Under the pieces are notes generated by a model, which worked only from the letters and a program-made list of their open reading frames with translations, did not search any database and was not told the DNA's origin. Source: Thalassavirus gary (taxonomy: Duplodnaviria; Heunggongvirae; Uroviricota; Caudoviricetes; Demerecviridae). Taken from it: a DNA stretch of 64,000 nt. The DNA lies in IMG/VR virus record IMGVR_UViG_2974784677_000001, one strand, 5' to 3'. Positions 19,326-28,083 of the stretch are shown in pieces (position 1 is the stretch's first letter; each line of letters opens with the position of its first letter). A program made the translations under genes and the position numbers.

Positions 19326-21022
19326 TGGCAAGTATTTACGATAAATTAGGTGCAGAACGAAAAGAAGGTCAAGCAAAGGGTCAAATTCCTCAATGGATGA
19401 CTACTGCTGGATACCAGTTACTAAAACAAAAGTATCTCTCAGAAGGCGAAACTGTATTAGGTAGATACATCGCTATCGCTAAGACAGCAGCTAAACATAT
19501 GCCTATGGATAGAGAACTATGGGAAGATAGATTCTTCCAGCTATTCTGGAAAGGTTGGCTTGCAGCATCAACACCTGTACTTGCAAATATGGGTACAAAT
19601 AAAGGTATGCCTGTTAGCTGTTCCGGCGGATATATTGACGACTCAATTCATGGTTTCTACGATACTCTACACGAAACAGCAATGCTAACTAAAAATGGGT
19701 TTGGTACATCAGGTTATCTTGGTGATATTCGTCCTCGTGGAGCTAGTATCTCTATTGGTGGCACAGCCGCAGGTGTTATGCCTGTAATCGAAGATTACGT
19801 ACAATGTATGCGAGATGTAGCTCAAGGTGCTACAAGACGTGGTGCTTGGGCAGGGTATCTTCCAATGGATCATGGTGACTTCTACGAAGTAGTTACATTC
19901 TTAAAGAACTACCCTGACGATTTAAATCTAGGTTGGAATATTTCAGATGAGTTCGTAAGAAAACTTGAAGCTGGTAATGAAGACGCTATTGATCGTCTAG
20001 CTAAGTCTTTACATACTAAACTGATTACAGGTAAAGGTTACTACTTCTTCCCAGATAAAGTTAACCGTCAGTCACCTCAAATGTACAAAGATTTAGGTCT
20101 AGATGTACGTGCAAGTAACTTGTGTACTGAAATCAACTTGTTTAGTGACCCAGACCATACGTTTACGTGTGTACTAAGCTCAATGAACTTAGCAAGATTC
20201 GATGAGTGGAAAGTCACCGAAGCCGTATTTCATGCAACAGTATTCTTAGACTGTGTTGCGCAGGAGTTTATTGAACAAGCATACGATATTCCTGGTCTTG
20301 AAAAGGCTATTCGCTTCACCGAGAAATCTCGTGCATTAGGTCTAGGCGGTCTAGGTTTCCATACGTACCTACAGGACAACATGATTGCATTCGAAACATT
20401 CGAAGCTCACATGAAGAACCTAGAAATCTTTACCCATATGTCCAATGAGTCACTAAGAGCTTCTAAGTGGATGGCAGAAGAACTAGGTGAACCTGAGTGG
20501 TGTAAAGGTTACGGAGTACGCAACACCCACCGTCTAGCAGTAGCCCCAAATACTTCAAGTGCATTAGTATGTGGTGGGGTATCTCAAGGTATCGAACCAA
20601 TCCCAGGCAACAGCTATGTACAACCAAGTGCTGCTGGTGAGTTGACTCGCCTGAACCCTTCTTTCTTGAAATTCTGTAGAGAAAAGGGTGTAGAAGTAGA
20701 TAGAGAACTCATCAAGTCAATCAATGATAAGTTAGGTTCGGTACAGCATCTAGATTGGTTATCAGACCACGAAAAGATGGTGTTTAAGACTGCCTACGAG
20801 ATTGATCAAATGGCACTGATTCGTTTAGCAGCAGCTAGGCAGCCACGAATTTGTCAAGGTCAATCATTGAACCTATTCTTTGATGCTGATGAGGACGAGG
20901 AATACATCCTAGAAGTACATCAAGCCGCATTTACAAATGAAAATATTAAACAACTATACTACATGCGTACTATGGCAGGTGTTCAAGCATCCAAAGGTGA
21001 ATGTGTAGCGTGTGAGGGCTAA
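19307..21022 (+). CDS. nrdA: ribonucleotide reductase class I large subunit, lacking N-terminal ATP-cone
   Basis: 571 aa; active-site SNLCTEI, C-terminal CVACEG redox cysteines; overlaps nrdB stop (coupled). Confidence 0.8.
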   Translation: MEGESIMASIYDKLGAERKEGQAKGQIPQWMTTAGYQLLKQKYLSEGETVLGRYIAIAKTAAKHMPMDRELWEDRFFQLFWKGWLAASTPVLANMGTNKGMPVSCSGGYIDDSIHGFYDTLHETAMLTKNGFGTSGYLGDIRPRGASISIGGTAAGVMPVIEDYVQCMRDVAQGATRRGAWAGYLPMDHGDFYEVVTFLKNYPDDLNLGWNISDEFVRKLEAGNEDAIDRLAKSLHTKLITGKGYYFFPDKVNRQSPQMYKDLGLDVRASNLCTEINLFSDPDHTFTCVLSSMNLARFDEWKVTEAVFHATVFLDCVAQEFIEQAYDIPGLEKAIRFTEKSRALGLGGLGFHTYLQDNMIAFETFEAHMKNLEIFTHMSNESLRASKWMAEELGEPEWCKGYGVRNTHRLAVAPNTSSALVCGGVSQGIEPIPGNSYVQPSAAGELTRLNPSFLKFCREKGVEVDRELIKSINDKLGSVQHLDWLSDHEKMVFKTAYEIDQMALIRLAAARQPRICQGQSLNLFFDADEDEEYILEVHQAAFTNENIKQLYYMRTMAGVQASKGECVACEG

Positions 21023-21024
21023 AT

Positions 21025-21507
21025 ATGAATTATATGAATTACTACCCAACAGATGTAGTTAATGGAGAGGGGACGCGATGCGTCCTCTTTGTTTCTGGAT
21101 GTTCACATGGATGTAAGGGCTGCTACAATGAGGTAGCTTGGAATCCAAATAATGGACACGAGTTCACCCAAGAACTAGAAGACCAGATTATCAAGGACTT
21201 ACAAGATACTCGTATCAAGCGTAAAGGTATCACGCTATCTGGCGGAGATCCTATGCATAAACGTAATGCGCAACAACTAGTTCAGTTATGTCATAGAATT
21301 AAGACAGAATGCCCAGGAAAGGACATTTGGTTGTACACAGGATACGCTCTAGAAGAACTCAAGGAAGACAAAAATCCATACCGTCAAGCACTGCTAGGAT
21401 ATACAGATGTTCTAGTAGACGGCAAATTCGAACAAGAACTATATGATCCAGGCTTACGCTTCCGTGGAAGTAGTAATCAACGTATCATTTATCTAGGGGA
21501 CGCATAG
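21025..21507 (+). CDS. nrdG: anaerobic RNR activating enzyme (radical SAM)
   Basis: CSHGCKGC radical-SAM cysteine motif, 160 aa. Confidence 0.85.
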   Translation: MNYMNYYPTDVVNGEGTRCVLFVSGCSHGCKGCYNEVAWNPNNGHEFTQELEDQIIKDLQDTRIKRKGITLSGGDPMHKRNAQQLVQLCHRIKTECPGKDIWLYTGYALEELKEDKNPYRQALLGYTDVLVDGKFEQELYDPGLRFRGSSNQRIIYLGDA

Positions 21508-21520
21508 TCCCCTTTCATGT
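21495..21520 (+). terminator. hairpin terminator after nrdG
   Basis: AGGGGACGCATAGTCCCCT followed by TTCATGTCTTT. Confidence 0.45.
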
Positions 21521-21558
21521 CTTTATAGATGTTAACGTCATGTTATATAAAAATCTTC

Positions 21559-21588
21559 TTGCTATTTCGAGAGAATTTTTATATAATA
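21559..21588 (+). promoter_or_regulatory. early promoter TTGCTA-18-TATAAT
   Basis: member of the conserved promoter family, followed by leader CCATAAATTGAAAAGGAGATT. Confidence 0.6.
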
Positions 21589-21617
21589 GTTCCATAAATT
21601 GAAAAGGAGATTGTATT

Positions 21618-22001
21618 ATGTTTTTAGATTATCAATTCTGCGAAGATAATGATGTACGTATCGAAAAGATGCACCATCTTTCTACGCTAATCTCTAGTGA
21701 TAGACGCAGCGATGTTGACGAGCTAATGCACGACCTAGATGGTTGCCAAACTCAGTTCCACATCACAGAAAGAACAAAAGAGTTAGCTGACTTCCTAGAC
21801 TCTGCTTATGAGCAAAAACTGCCTGACTACGCTATCAAAAACGAACTCTTTAATAAGGGTTTCCATAAAGGTATTGTGCTAGAAACCACGGTATTTAAGC
21901 AAGGACAGATTGGACGTCCTATATTATACATTTACGCCGAATCCGAATTGGAAGTTAAAGCTTTCATGGAAGAAGTATCTAATATTGTTTGGGGTGAGTA
22001 A
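21618..22001 (+). CDS. hypothetical protein
   Basis: 127-aa ORF with RBS AAGGAGA. Confidence 0.4.
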   Translation: MFLDYQFCEDNDVRIEKMHHLSTLISSDRRSDVDELMHDLDGCQTQFHITERTKELADFLDSAYEQKLPDYAIKNELFNKGFHKGIVLETTVFKQGQIGRPILYIYAESELEVKAFMEEVSNIVWGE

Positions 22002-22360
22002 TGAATATTCTATTAAGAGAGCGTTGGGAGCAAATCGTAAGTAATGTTCCAGCAACAAACGTATCGGCATCAGATATACAAGACTTCGAATGCGAGTTCG
22101 GAGAGTCTCTAATTGACTCTAATGAGTGGCATGAAAACAGTTGGACTCTACTTGGCTTCGCTTTTGGCAATCCAAAGTGGTATCCCTTCGCCATAGAACT
22201 AGATATGGAAAAAGACTACACATACTGCCACATGGTGCATGAGTTATTCGATGGTGATGCTGGCTTAGAAAACGAATTTTTCGCAGACCTAATGAATGCT
22301 ATCCCTGCGTACCGTAAACGCTTCTGTGATAATTTACTGGAGTTATTGAATGACGATTAA
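22001..22360 (+). CDS. hypothetical protein
   Basis: 119-aa ORF, coupled start. Confidence 0.35.
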   Translation: MNILLRERWEQIVSNVPATNVSASDIQDFECEFGESLIDSNEWHENSWTLLGFAFGNPKWYPFAIELDMEKDYTYCHMVHELFDGDAGLENEFFADLMNAIPAYRKRFCDNLLELLNDD

Positions 22361-22799
22361 CAGTTTCAGAGGAGAACATGCGTTCCTCTCTAATATGTTT
22401 GAAGTGGTAATTGAACATGACGGCATTACTTATCCTTCTAGCGAGAACATGTATCAAGCGTTCAAAACGCCGGAAAGACGAGAACGTAAGTTAATAGCTA
22501 AGTTACCACCAAACCAGTCTAAGAACTACTGGAAATTCAACGTAGTTAAAAATCTAGACTTCCATTATAATAAACTAGATTACATGGAAACATGTCTAAG
22601 AGCCAAGTTCGCAAACAAACACCTAGCACATCTATTGCTAGCAACTGGTGACGCAGAGCTTATTGAAGGCAATTGGTGGGGTGACGGTTTCTGGGGTGTA
22701 ATTGAAAAGACCGGTCACGGCCATAACCACCTTGGTAAACTATTGATGAAGATTAGGGAGGAACTACGTGAAAAACTTGAAGAAGAAACTAACGAATAA
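22350..22799 (+). CDS. NADAR-domain protein (YbiA-like ADP-ribose/N-glycoside processing)
   Basis: GEHAFLSNMFEV...YPSSENMYQAFK...WGDGFWG matches the DUF1768/NADAR signature. Confidence 0.65.
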   Translation: MTINSFRGEHAFLSNMFEVVIEHDGITYPSSENMYQAFKTPERRERKLIAKLPPNQSKNYWKFNVVKNLDFHYNKLDYMETCLRAKFANKHLAHLLLATGDAELIEGNWWGDGFWGVIEKTGHGHNHLGKLLMKIREELREKLEEETNE

Positions 22800-22998
22800 T
22801 CCTAAGCTAACTTGTGGTGTAGGATTAAGAGACGCTACCCCAGAAGAAATAGCTGATATTAAGCAGTGGTTAGATGTTCGCGGTATTAAATACGTGCATA
22901 AGACAAAACATCTAAAAACAGGTAAGCCATTACCGTATAATGGGTTGTTAATAATCAATTACGTAGGAACTAAGAAAAATGCTAAAAATTTACACTGA
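22768..22998 (+). CDS. hypothetical small basic protein
   Basis: 76-aa ORF overlapping NADAR 3' end. Confidence 0.25.
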   Translation: MKNLKKKLTNNPKLTCGVGLRDATPEEIADIKQWLDVRGIKYVHKTKHLKTGKPLPYNGLLIINYVGTKKNAKNLH

Positions 22999-23437
22999 TG
23001 GTGCTTGCCGTGGTAATCCTGGGGTAGGTGCTTGGGCTTTCGCGGTTTTTGAAGGCTGGGCTAAGAAAGGTACTAAAAGCGCAGCTATGCCCCACACTAC
23101 AAACAATGAGGCTGAACTTACAGCCATTGTAAAAGCGTTAGAGTGGGCTATTCGTGCTAACCTATCTCAAGTAGAGATTCTTACAGACTCTAACTACGCA
23201 TGTCAAGGTTATAAAACGTGGATGCACGGTTGGGTGAAGAAAGGCTGGGTGACTGCGGGAGGTACTCCAGTCAAGAACCTAGAACTTTGGAAGACATTAT
23301 ATAATATTTCTCAAAAAATCAATGTAACCATGACAAAAGTCAAAGGTCACTCTGATGATGAAGGTAACGAGCTAGCAGATACTATATGCAATTGCGCAAT
23401 TGATGAGTACGAGCTACAGACAGTGGTGATGAAATGA
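22979..23437 (+). CDS. rnh: ribonuclease H (RNase HI family)
   Basis: IYTDGACRGNPG..., TDSNYA, HGW..KGW motifs of RNase HI. Confidence 0.85.
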   Translation: MLKIYTDGACRGNPGVGAWAFAVFEGWAKKGTKSAAMPHTTNNEAELTAIVKALEWAIRANLSQVEILTDSNYACQGYKTWMHGWVKKGWVTAGGTPVKNLELWKTLYNISQKINVTMTKVKGHSDDEGNELADTICNCAIDEYELQTVVMK

Positions 23438-23614
23438 GTAATTTTATTTGGAACATCAACTTTCTTATATTCTGGCGTCTAGCTTGGCTAAGAAAGACCA
23501 GCGGTAAAGTATATATGGATAATTGGGGCAATATTGGTCGTCTATACTTTACTACACAACCTAAACCATTTTTGTTCGTTATTCAACCAAAGATCACAAA
23601 AATTAAAAATTGGT

Positions 23615-23644
23615 TTGCTAATTTGGATAATAACTTGCTATAAT
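23615..23644 (+). promoter_or_regulatory. early promoter TTGCTA-18-TATAAT
   Basis: promoter family member; leader CGCATAGTTTGAAAGAACGGAGATA. Confidence 0.55.
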
Positions 23645-23676
23645 ATTCGCATAGTTTGAAAGAACGGAGATAAAAA

Positions 23677-23871
23677 ATGATTTTAAAAGAAGAAACCCCT
23701 GACAACTTCATCGTAGCCAAATCAAAAATCGACTACGGTGATATTCGTAAAGGTGGAAACGTGTTCGTGTATAAGACCATCCCAGGTCTAAAAGACTTGT
23801 CGGTTCACAAAGCCGTACAAGGGGACGAAAACAAAGTACACTACTTCTTCAACCACGAATTGGAGTTTTAA
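23677..23871 (+). CDS. hypothetical protein
   Basis: 64-aa ORF after promoter. Confidence 0.35.
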   Translation: MILKEETPDNFIVAKSKIDYGDIRKGGNVFVYKTIPGLKDLSVHKAVQGDENKVHYFFNHELEF

Positions 23872-23872
23872 T

Positions 23873-24133
23873 ATGACAGAACGAGTTGTAGCAACCGGCT
23901 TTGAGAAATTCTTTGTAAAAGCATGGAAAGACTGGGACGGTGATCAATCTTTCCTAGCATTTTACGACTGCGAACTAGATCCTATTTTTGCGGTAATCGC
24001 AGGCATTAAAGAAGTTGACGTAGTTGAAATTAGTATGGAAGACTGTGAAGTACGTCTATACAATAGTGGTGACGACGGCGTTCCATTCTTTAAACAACCT
24101 TATAAAATCACGTTGGTAGAGCCAACTAATTAA
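23873..24133 (+). CDS. hypothetical protein
   Basis: 86-aa ORF. Confidence 0.35.
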   Translation: MTERVVATGFEKFFVKAWKDWDGDQSFLAFYDCELDPIFAVIAGIKEVDVVEISMEDCEVRLYNSGDDGVPFFKQPYKITLVEPTN

Positions 24134-24137
24134 GTTA

Positions 24138-24166
24138 AAACTTGAATTGCTAAAACATCAAAAACT
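24138..24166 (+). promoter_or_regulatory. early promoter TTGCTA-17-TATAAT
   Basis: AACTTGAATTGCTAAAACATCAAAAACTTTATATAAT. Confidence 0.6.
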
Positions 24167-24186
24167 TTATATAATATTCCCATAGT

Positions 24187-24489
24187 TTGAAAACAAAGAA
24201 AGGAAAAATCAATATGACTGAACAAAAAGTAACTCTAAAACCTGTAGCTGGTGACTCTCTTCTAATCGGTAAATACCAGTCTGGTGTAGACCGTAAGGGA
24301 AAACCTGTGTTCCGTTCAATGTCAAAAGGCAAAGAACCTTCTACTATCGTGGAAGTGGTCTATGAAGACGGTCGTGTTCGCTCTAAAGAAGGCGATGTGT
24401 ACGCAGTACGTCTGAACAAACGTCCAACGGTCATTAAGACCCGTCATGGCAAGAAAGCACTTCCTGCCCAATGGATTACCGTAGCGTAA
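24187..24489 (+). CDS. hypothetical protein
   Basis: 100-aa ORF. Confidence 0.35.
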   Translation: MKTKKGKINMTEQKVTLKPVAGDSLLIGKYQSGVDRKGKPVFRSMSKGKEPSTIVEVVYEDGRVRSKEGDVYAVRLNKRPTVIKTRHGKKALPAQWITVA

Positions 24490-24656
24490 TGGCTAAGGTA
24501 CTTGTTGATGAGTCCGTATTGTGGGGACTCATTAACTCCGACTTACTACTTCAACACCTAGAAAACGAAGGTGTTGATAACTGGTCTGGGTACTATCATC
24601 CTGAAGACCTAGACGAACAAACTAACAAATTATTGAAGGAAATTAAGCATGGCTAA
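24471..24656 (+). CDS. hypothetical protein
   Basis: 61-aa ORF. Confidence 0.25.
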   Translation: MDYRSVMAKVLVDESVLWGLINSDLLLQHLENEGVDNWSGYYHPEDLDEQTNKLLKEIKHG

Positions 24657-24891
24657 GAAATCATCTGTAATGGCAACTGTAACAGCTAAAAACAAAGCAC
24701 GTCGTCTAGCACGCCACGTTAAGGCTCATCCAAAAGACGCACAGTCTGCTGCACGTGTAGGTAAACCACGTTCAGTACGCAAAGCACCTTTTGTTAAAGG
24801 TAGCTTTCGCAAGGTTAACAAAGCATACCGCGATGAAGCGGGTCACGTATTGGAAGCACCTCGCTTTGCTCCGGTCGCTAAACAAGCTTAA
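24649..24891 (+). CDS. hypothetical highly basic protein
   Basis: 80 aa, K/R-rich. Confidence 0.35.
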   Translation: MAKKSSVMATVTAKNKARRLARHVKAHPKDAQSAARVGKPRSVRKAPFVKGSFRKVNKAYRDEAGHVLEAPRFAPVAKQA

Positions 24892-24898
24892 CAAAATG

Positions 24899-24925
24899 AA
24901 AGGGGTTGGGTAATCCAGCCCCTTA
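24899..24925 (+). terminator. hairpin (weak terminator)
   Basis: AAGGGGTTGGGTAATCCAGCCCCTT, poor U-tract. Confidence 0.35.
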
Positions 24926-24939
24926 TTAAGGAGAAAGAA

Positions 24940-25926
24940 ATGAATAACTTCGTAGCAAAACACTGCCGAACATTTAACAAGGCAACTGTCCAACGTGACA
25001 GAACTAAGTATCATCGTCCTAGCTCTCGTAGCCTAATGGATGAGTGGTTTGAAGACGAAAATGACGGGTTCGAGCACCCAGGAATGGTCGAGCCAAAGGA
25101 GCTTGAGACTCCTTCTATAAGCGATAACGTTTATAAAAGAAGTTTCACTAACAAACAGGAGATAAATATGCCAGAGAACGCAATTGGTATAGCTTGCCCA
25201 CATGCAGTAGGTGAGCCAGGTGTAGACGCTAAACAGTGTGTACTAAACCACCAACTCTATGGTAATGTAAATCAAGAGCTAATGGAGTTAAGTCCAGTAA
25301 CTCACTACCATCTAAACTGGGTATTTGACCTAGAAACATACGCAACTTGTCAAAACGCTATCGTGCCTGAAATTTCAGCAGTAGCATTCGACATTCTTTC
25401 TGGTGAAGTATTTCACGAGATTACGTTGCACATTGATGTAGATTCTCAAGTTGCTCTCGGGCGCGAAGTTTCAGCTTCTACGCTATCATTTTGGCTAATG
25501 CAGTCAGAAGAAGCACGCCGTAAGATGTTGCTTGCTGACCCAGATTACTGCCGTAAGCGTGGTATTGAACTACCGATGCCTATCTGCGGAGCGATGAGCA
25601 AACTTTACCAAGAAATTATTGATGTATCAGCTAAGTGGGCAGAACAAACTGGCTTCAGCAAAGAACCTCTAGTATGGGGTAATGGTATCACCTTCGATTT
25701 AGGTAAAACTATCTCGTTGTTTGAAACAGCTCAAGTCCCATTGCCTTGGCAATTCTGGGCAGAGCGCGATGCTCGTACAATCATGGACTTAGCTCCAGAG
25801 ATTAAGAAACAATTTAGCCTAGACTTCCGTGGTGTACCTCATTATGGTCTTGACGACTGTAAGCACGAGCTACGTTACTTGTCTGCTACATACATCAAAA
25901 TCTGGGAAATGAGCAAAGAAAAGTAA
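24940..25926 (+). CDS. DEDDh-family 3'-5' exonuclease with N-terminal extension
   Basis: Exo I FDLETYA, Exo II GNGITFDLG, Exo III HYGLDDCKHE. Confidence 0.6.
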   Translation: MNNFVAKHCRTFNKATVQRDRTKYHRPSSRSLMDEWFEDENDGFEHPGMVEPKELETPSISDNVYKRSFTNKQEINMPENAIGIACPHAVGEPGVDAKQCVLNHQLYGNVNQELMELSPVTHYHLNWVFDLETYATCQNAIVPEISAVAFDILSGEVFHEITLHIDVDSQVALGREVSASTLSFWLMQSEEARRKMLLADPDYCRKRGIELPMPICGAMSKLYQEIIDVSAKWAEQTGFSKEPLVWGNGITFDLGKTISLFETAQVPLPWQFWAERDARTIMDLAPEIKKQFSLDFRGVPHYGLDDCKHELRYLSATYIKIWEMSKEK

Positions 25927-25934
25927 AAACTTAA

Positions 25935-25962
25935 TTGCTTAAACATCAAAAACTTTATATAA
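25935..25962 (+). promoter_or_regulatory. early promoter TTGCTT-16-TATAAT
   Basis: promoter family member. Confidence 0.55.
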
Positions 25963-26001
25963 TATATTCCTAAACTGAGAAAACAAAAGAAGGAAATCAA
26001 A

Positions 26002-26196
26002 ATGGCTAAACGTTCTAAAATGATTGGTATTAAAATGTCTGACCGCACTCGTAAAATGGCAGGTGAATACGGCATTGAAATTCTTGAGCAACGTCGCTCT
26101 GGTCTGGCTAAAGTCCTAGGCTTACTTGCTCGTGGTACTCGCGTCTCCAATCATCCTCGCGCTGTTGAATACACTGCGGCTCAATTCGGTCTTTAA
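26002..26196 (+). CDS. hypothetical protein
   Basis: 64-aa ORF with RBS AAGGAAA. Confidence 0.35.
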   Translation: MAKRSKMIGIKMSDRTRKMAGEYGIEILEQRRSGLAKVLGLLARGTRVSNHPRAVEYTAAQFGL

Positions 26197-26245
26197 TTAG
26201 ACCGTCTTAAAACTTTCTCATTAACTAATTATAAGGATACCAAAT

Positions 26246-26482
26246 ATGAATGGTAAAATGGCAAAAAATCTTCGTCGTATTGCACGTGGTCTTACTACTG
26301 TGGATTCTAACGAACTTGTAGACGTAACAGGTACAACCCGTATTCGTACTGCATCAAACGGTACTAAAGTAGCTACACGAACTCAAGCTCACGCTAAAGG
26401 TAGCTTCCGAAACATGCTTAAAGCGTGTAAATCAAATCGAATCTTCTCGTTTAACCCAGAAGAAAACGCTCACGTAGCTTAA
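26246..26482 (+). CDS. hypothetical basic protein
   Basis: 78-aa ORF. Confidence 0.35.
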   Translation: MNGKMAKNLRRIARGLTTVDSNELVDVTGTTRIRTASNGTKVATRTQAHAKGSFRNMLKACKSNRIFSFNPEENAHVA

Positions 26483-26615
26483 TAATTATGCAGAGAGCAT
26501 AAAAATTAAAAATATAATTGCTCTCTGCTAAAACCTTTGTTATAATGGTTATCTAAATTAAAGAAAACCTCTTCATCAAATTTGAAAGCATTTGGTACTT
26601 AAATTAAAAAATGTC

Positions 26616-26644
26616 TTGCTAAGTGCTTTGAAACTTGATATAAT
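26616..26644 (+). promoter_or_regulatory. early promoter TTGCTA-17-TATAAT heading the tRNA cluster
   Basis: promoter family; followed by a 51-aa ORF (26675-26830) and then tRNAs. Confidence 0.55.
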
Positions 26645-26674
26645 AGTTCCATAAATTGATAAGGAATTGAAGAT

Positions 26675-26830
26675 ATGAAAAAACGTGGTAAAATTCAAAA
26701 GATTGCAATGTTCGCTCTTGGTTACGGTTCTAGTATTCCTCTAGCGAGTAAGAAATCTGGTTTAGGTTTACGTCGTACTAAGACTCTAGCTAAACATATT
26801 GCCGAAAACGGTTTTCGTATTCGAGACTAA
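26675..26830 (+). CDS. small hypothetical protein (51 aa)
   Basis: ATG at 26675 after leader with AAGGAAT; below ORF-track cutoff. Confidence 0.25.
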   Translation: MKKRGKIQKIAMFALGYGSSIPLASKKSGLGLRRTKTLAKHIAENGFRIRD

Positions 26831-26835
26831 ATAAT

Positions 26836-26912
26836 TGCGAGGATGGAGAAATGGCGTCTTGCGAGTTTCATAAGCTCGATAACGTGGGGTTCGAATCCTC
26901 ACCTCGCATCCA
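26836..26912 (+). tRNA. tRNA, anticodon CAT (Met/fMet or Ile2)
   Basis: acceptor TGCGAGG/CCTCGCA, T-loop GGTTCGAATCC, anticodon loop TTCATAA, 3' CCA encoded. Confidence 0.55.
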
Positions 26913-26918
26913 AATTAT

Positions 26919-26995
26919 GCGCGTGTAGCTCAGTTGGTTAGAGCATCTGACTTTTAATCAGGTGGTCGAAGGTTCGAGTCCTTCTACGCGCACCA
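26919..26995 (+). tRNA. tRNA-Lys (TTT)
   Basis: GCGCGTG.../TACGCGC acceptor, D-loop TAGCTCAGTTGGTTAGAGC, loop CTTTTAA, T-loop GGTTCGAGTCC, CCA. Confidence 0.75.
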
Positions 26996-27015
26996 AATTA
27001 CTCTAGGAGTGAAGA

Positions 27016-27186
27016 TATGTATTATCAAGGAGAGCGTATTGTTATAAAGAGATACGACCCTACTCAGGCACAAAAGCGAAAGCTATTTAAGCGTCTAGAG
27101 AAAAAGAAGTTAGTAGAAAAAGTGTCCACAGAGAAAGAATGGTTACGCTACAAAGTTCTACGAAACTTCGATGAAGTAAATTATTA
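27016..27186 (+). CDS. small hypothetical protein (56 aa) between tRNAs
   Basis: RBS AGGAGTGAAGAT then ATG; MYYQGERIVIKRYDPTQAQKRKLFKRLEKKK... Confidence 0.3.
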
Positions 27187-27192
27187 AACAAT

Positions 27193-27269
27193 TCTCGGGC
27201 AGACCATCTGGTTGAGTCACTACCCTTTCAAGGTAGGATTAGCGGGTTCAATTCCCGTCCCGAGAACCA
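27193..27269 (+). tRNA. tRNA-Glu (TTC)
   Basis: acceptor TCTCGGG/CCCGAGA, anticodon stem CTACC/GGTAG, loop CTTTCAA, CCA. Confidence 0.55.
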
Positions 27270-27275
27270 AATTAC

Positions 27276-27352
27276 GGGGAATTAGCTCTAATTGGGAGAG
27301 CACCTGCTTTGCACGCAGGGGGTTATCGGTTCGAATCCGTTATTCTCCACCA
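27276..27352 (+). tRNA. tRNA-Ala (TGC)
   Basis: anticodon arm CCTGC-TTTGCAC-GCAGG, T-loop GGTTCGAATCC, CCA. Confidence 0.7.
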
Positions 27353-27358
27353 AATTCT

Positions 27359-27435
27359 AGAGGCTTGGCTGAGTTGGTTATAGCGACTCCTTCATGCGGA
27401 GTAAGACGTGGGTTCGAGTCCCTCAGCCTCTACCA
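27359..27435 (+). tRNA. tRNA-Met (CAT), second CAT tRNA
   Basis: acceptor AGAGGCT/AGCCTCT, anticodon arm ACTCC-TTCATGC-GGAGT, T-loop GGTTCGAGTCC, CCA. Confidence 0.6.
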
Positions 27436-27443
27436 AGAATATT

Positions 27444-27451
27444 TATAAATA
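27444..27451 (+). promoter_or_regulatory. TATAAATA motif (T4-late-like / extended -10) upstream of the T5orf172-like ORF
   Basis: exact TATAAATA 13 nt before the ATG; no -35 because a tRNA lies upstream. Confidence 0.3.
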
Positions 27452-27463
27452 GGAATAACCTAT

Positions 27464-27997
27464 ATGCCAAAACTAGTTACAAACAATAGAAAACAAAACC
27501 TAGAGAAAATAGAAGAACTATTTCTCGAACGCCTAAAATCAGAAGGTATCACAGAAGCTCTAATGGGTAAGATGGTAAAAACCTTTTACGGTACAGCTCC
27601 TTGGTATTCTGCTAGAAGCAGAAAAGCACAGAAATCTCGTAGACAAATGTTCTACTACATGGGTCACTCTCTGCTACTACTATGCAAAAAACACAGTATA
27701 CCTACTAAAGCTGGTTTTGTGTACGCTGTAACTAATAAAACATTTCCAAACTGTGTAAAGTTGGGACACACAAAAGATTGTGAAGACCGACTAATGCAGT
27801 ACCAAACACATAGCCCACTAAAAGACTATGAAATGACTTGGCAGCAGTTCACCCTAGACTCTTATGCTGCAGAGCAGAAACTTCTTTCATTATTTGAGAG
27901 AATACGCCCTAACGGGGAGTGGGTAAGTCTACAAACTGAGGACACTTTAAAGTTGAAACAGTTACTAAATAAAAGTTTTAAAAGTTTGTCGTATTAA
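27464..27997 (+). CDS. T5orf172 / GIY-YIG-like domain protein embedded in the tRNA cluster
   Basis: GFVYAVTNKTFPNCVKLGHTKDCEDRLMQYQ matches the GIY..YIG..R pattern of GIY-YIG/T5orf172 domains. Confidence 0.5.
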   Translation: MPKLVTNNRKQNLEKIEELFLERLKSEGITEALMGKMVKTFYGTAPWYSARSRKAQKSRRQMFYYMGHSLLLLCKKHSIPTKAGFVYAVTNKTFPNCVKLGHTKDCEDRLMQYQTHSPLKDYEMTWQQFTLDSYAAEQKLLSLFERIRPNGEWVSLQTEDTLKLKQLLNKSFKSLSY

Positions 27998-28000
27998 ACG

Positions 28001-28078
28001 TCTATGGAGGGCGGCGGGATTGTAGACCCCGTGTTGCGAAAGCAGCTCCCTAGGTTCGATTCCTAGATGCGGCACCAT
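28001..28078 (+). tRNA. tRNA-like element (degenerate: T-arm and 3' CCA present, acceptor and anticodon arms do not fold canonically)
   Basis: T-arm CTAGG-TTCGATT-CCTAG then ATGCGGCACCA; central GTTGC-GAAA-GCAGC tetraloop hairpin instead of a 7-nt anticodon loop. Confidence 0.3.
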
Positions 28079-28083
28079 ATTTT

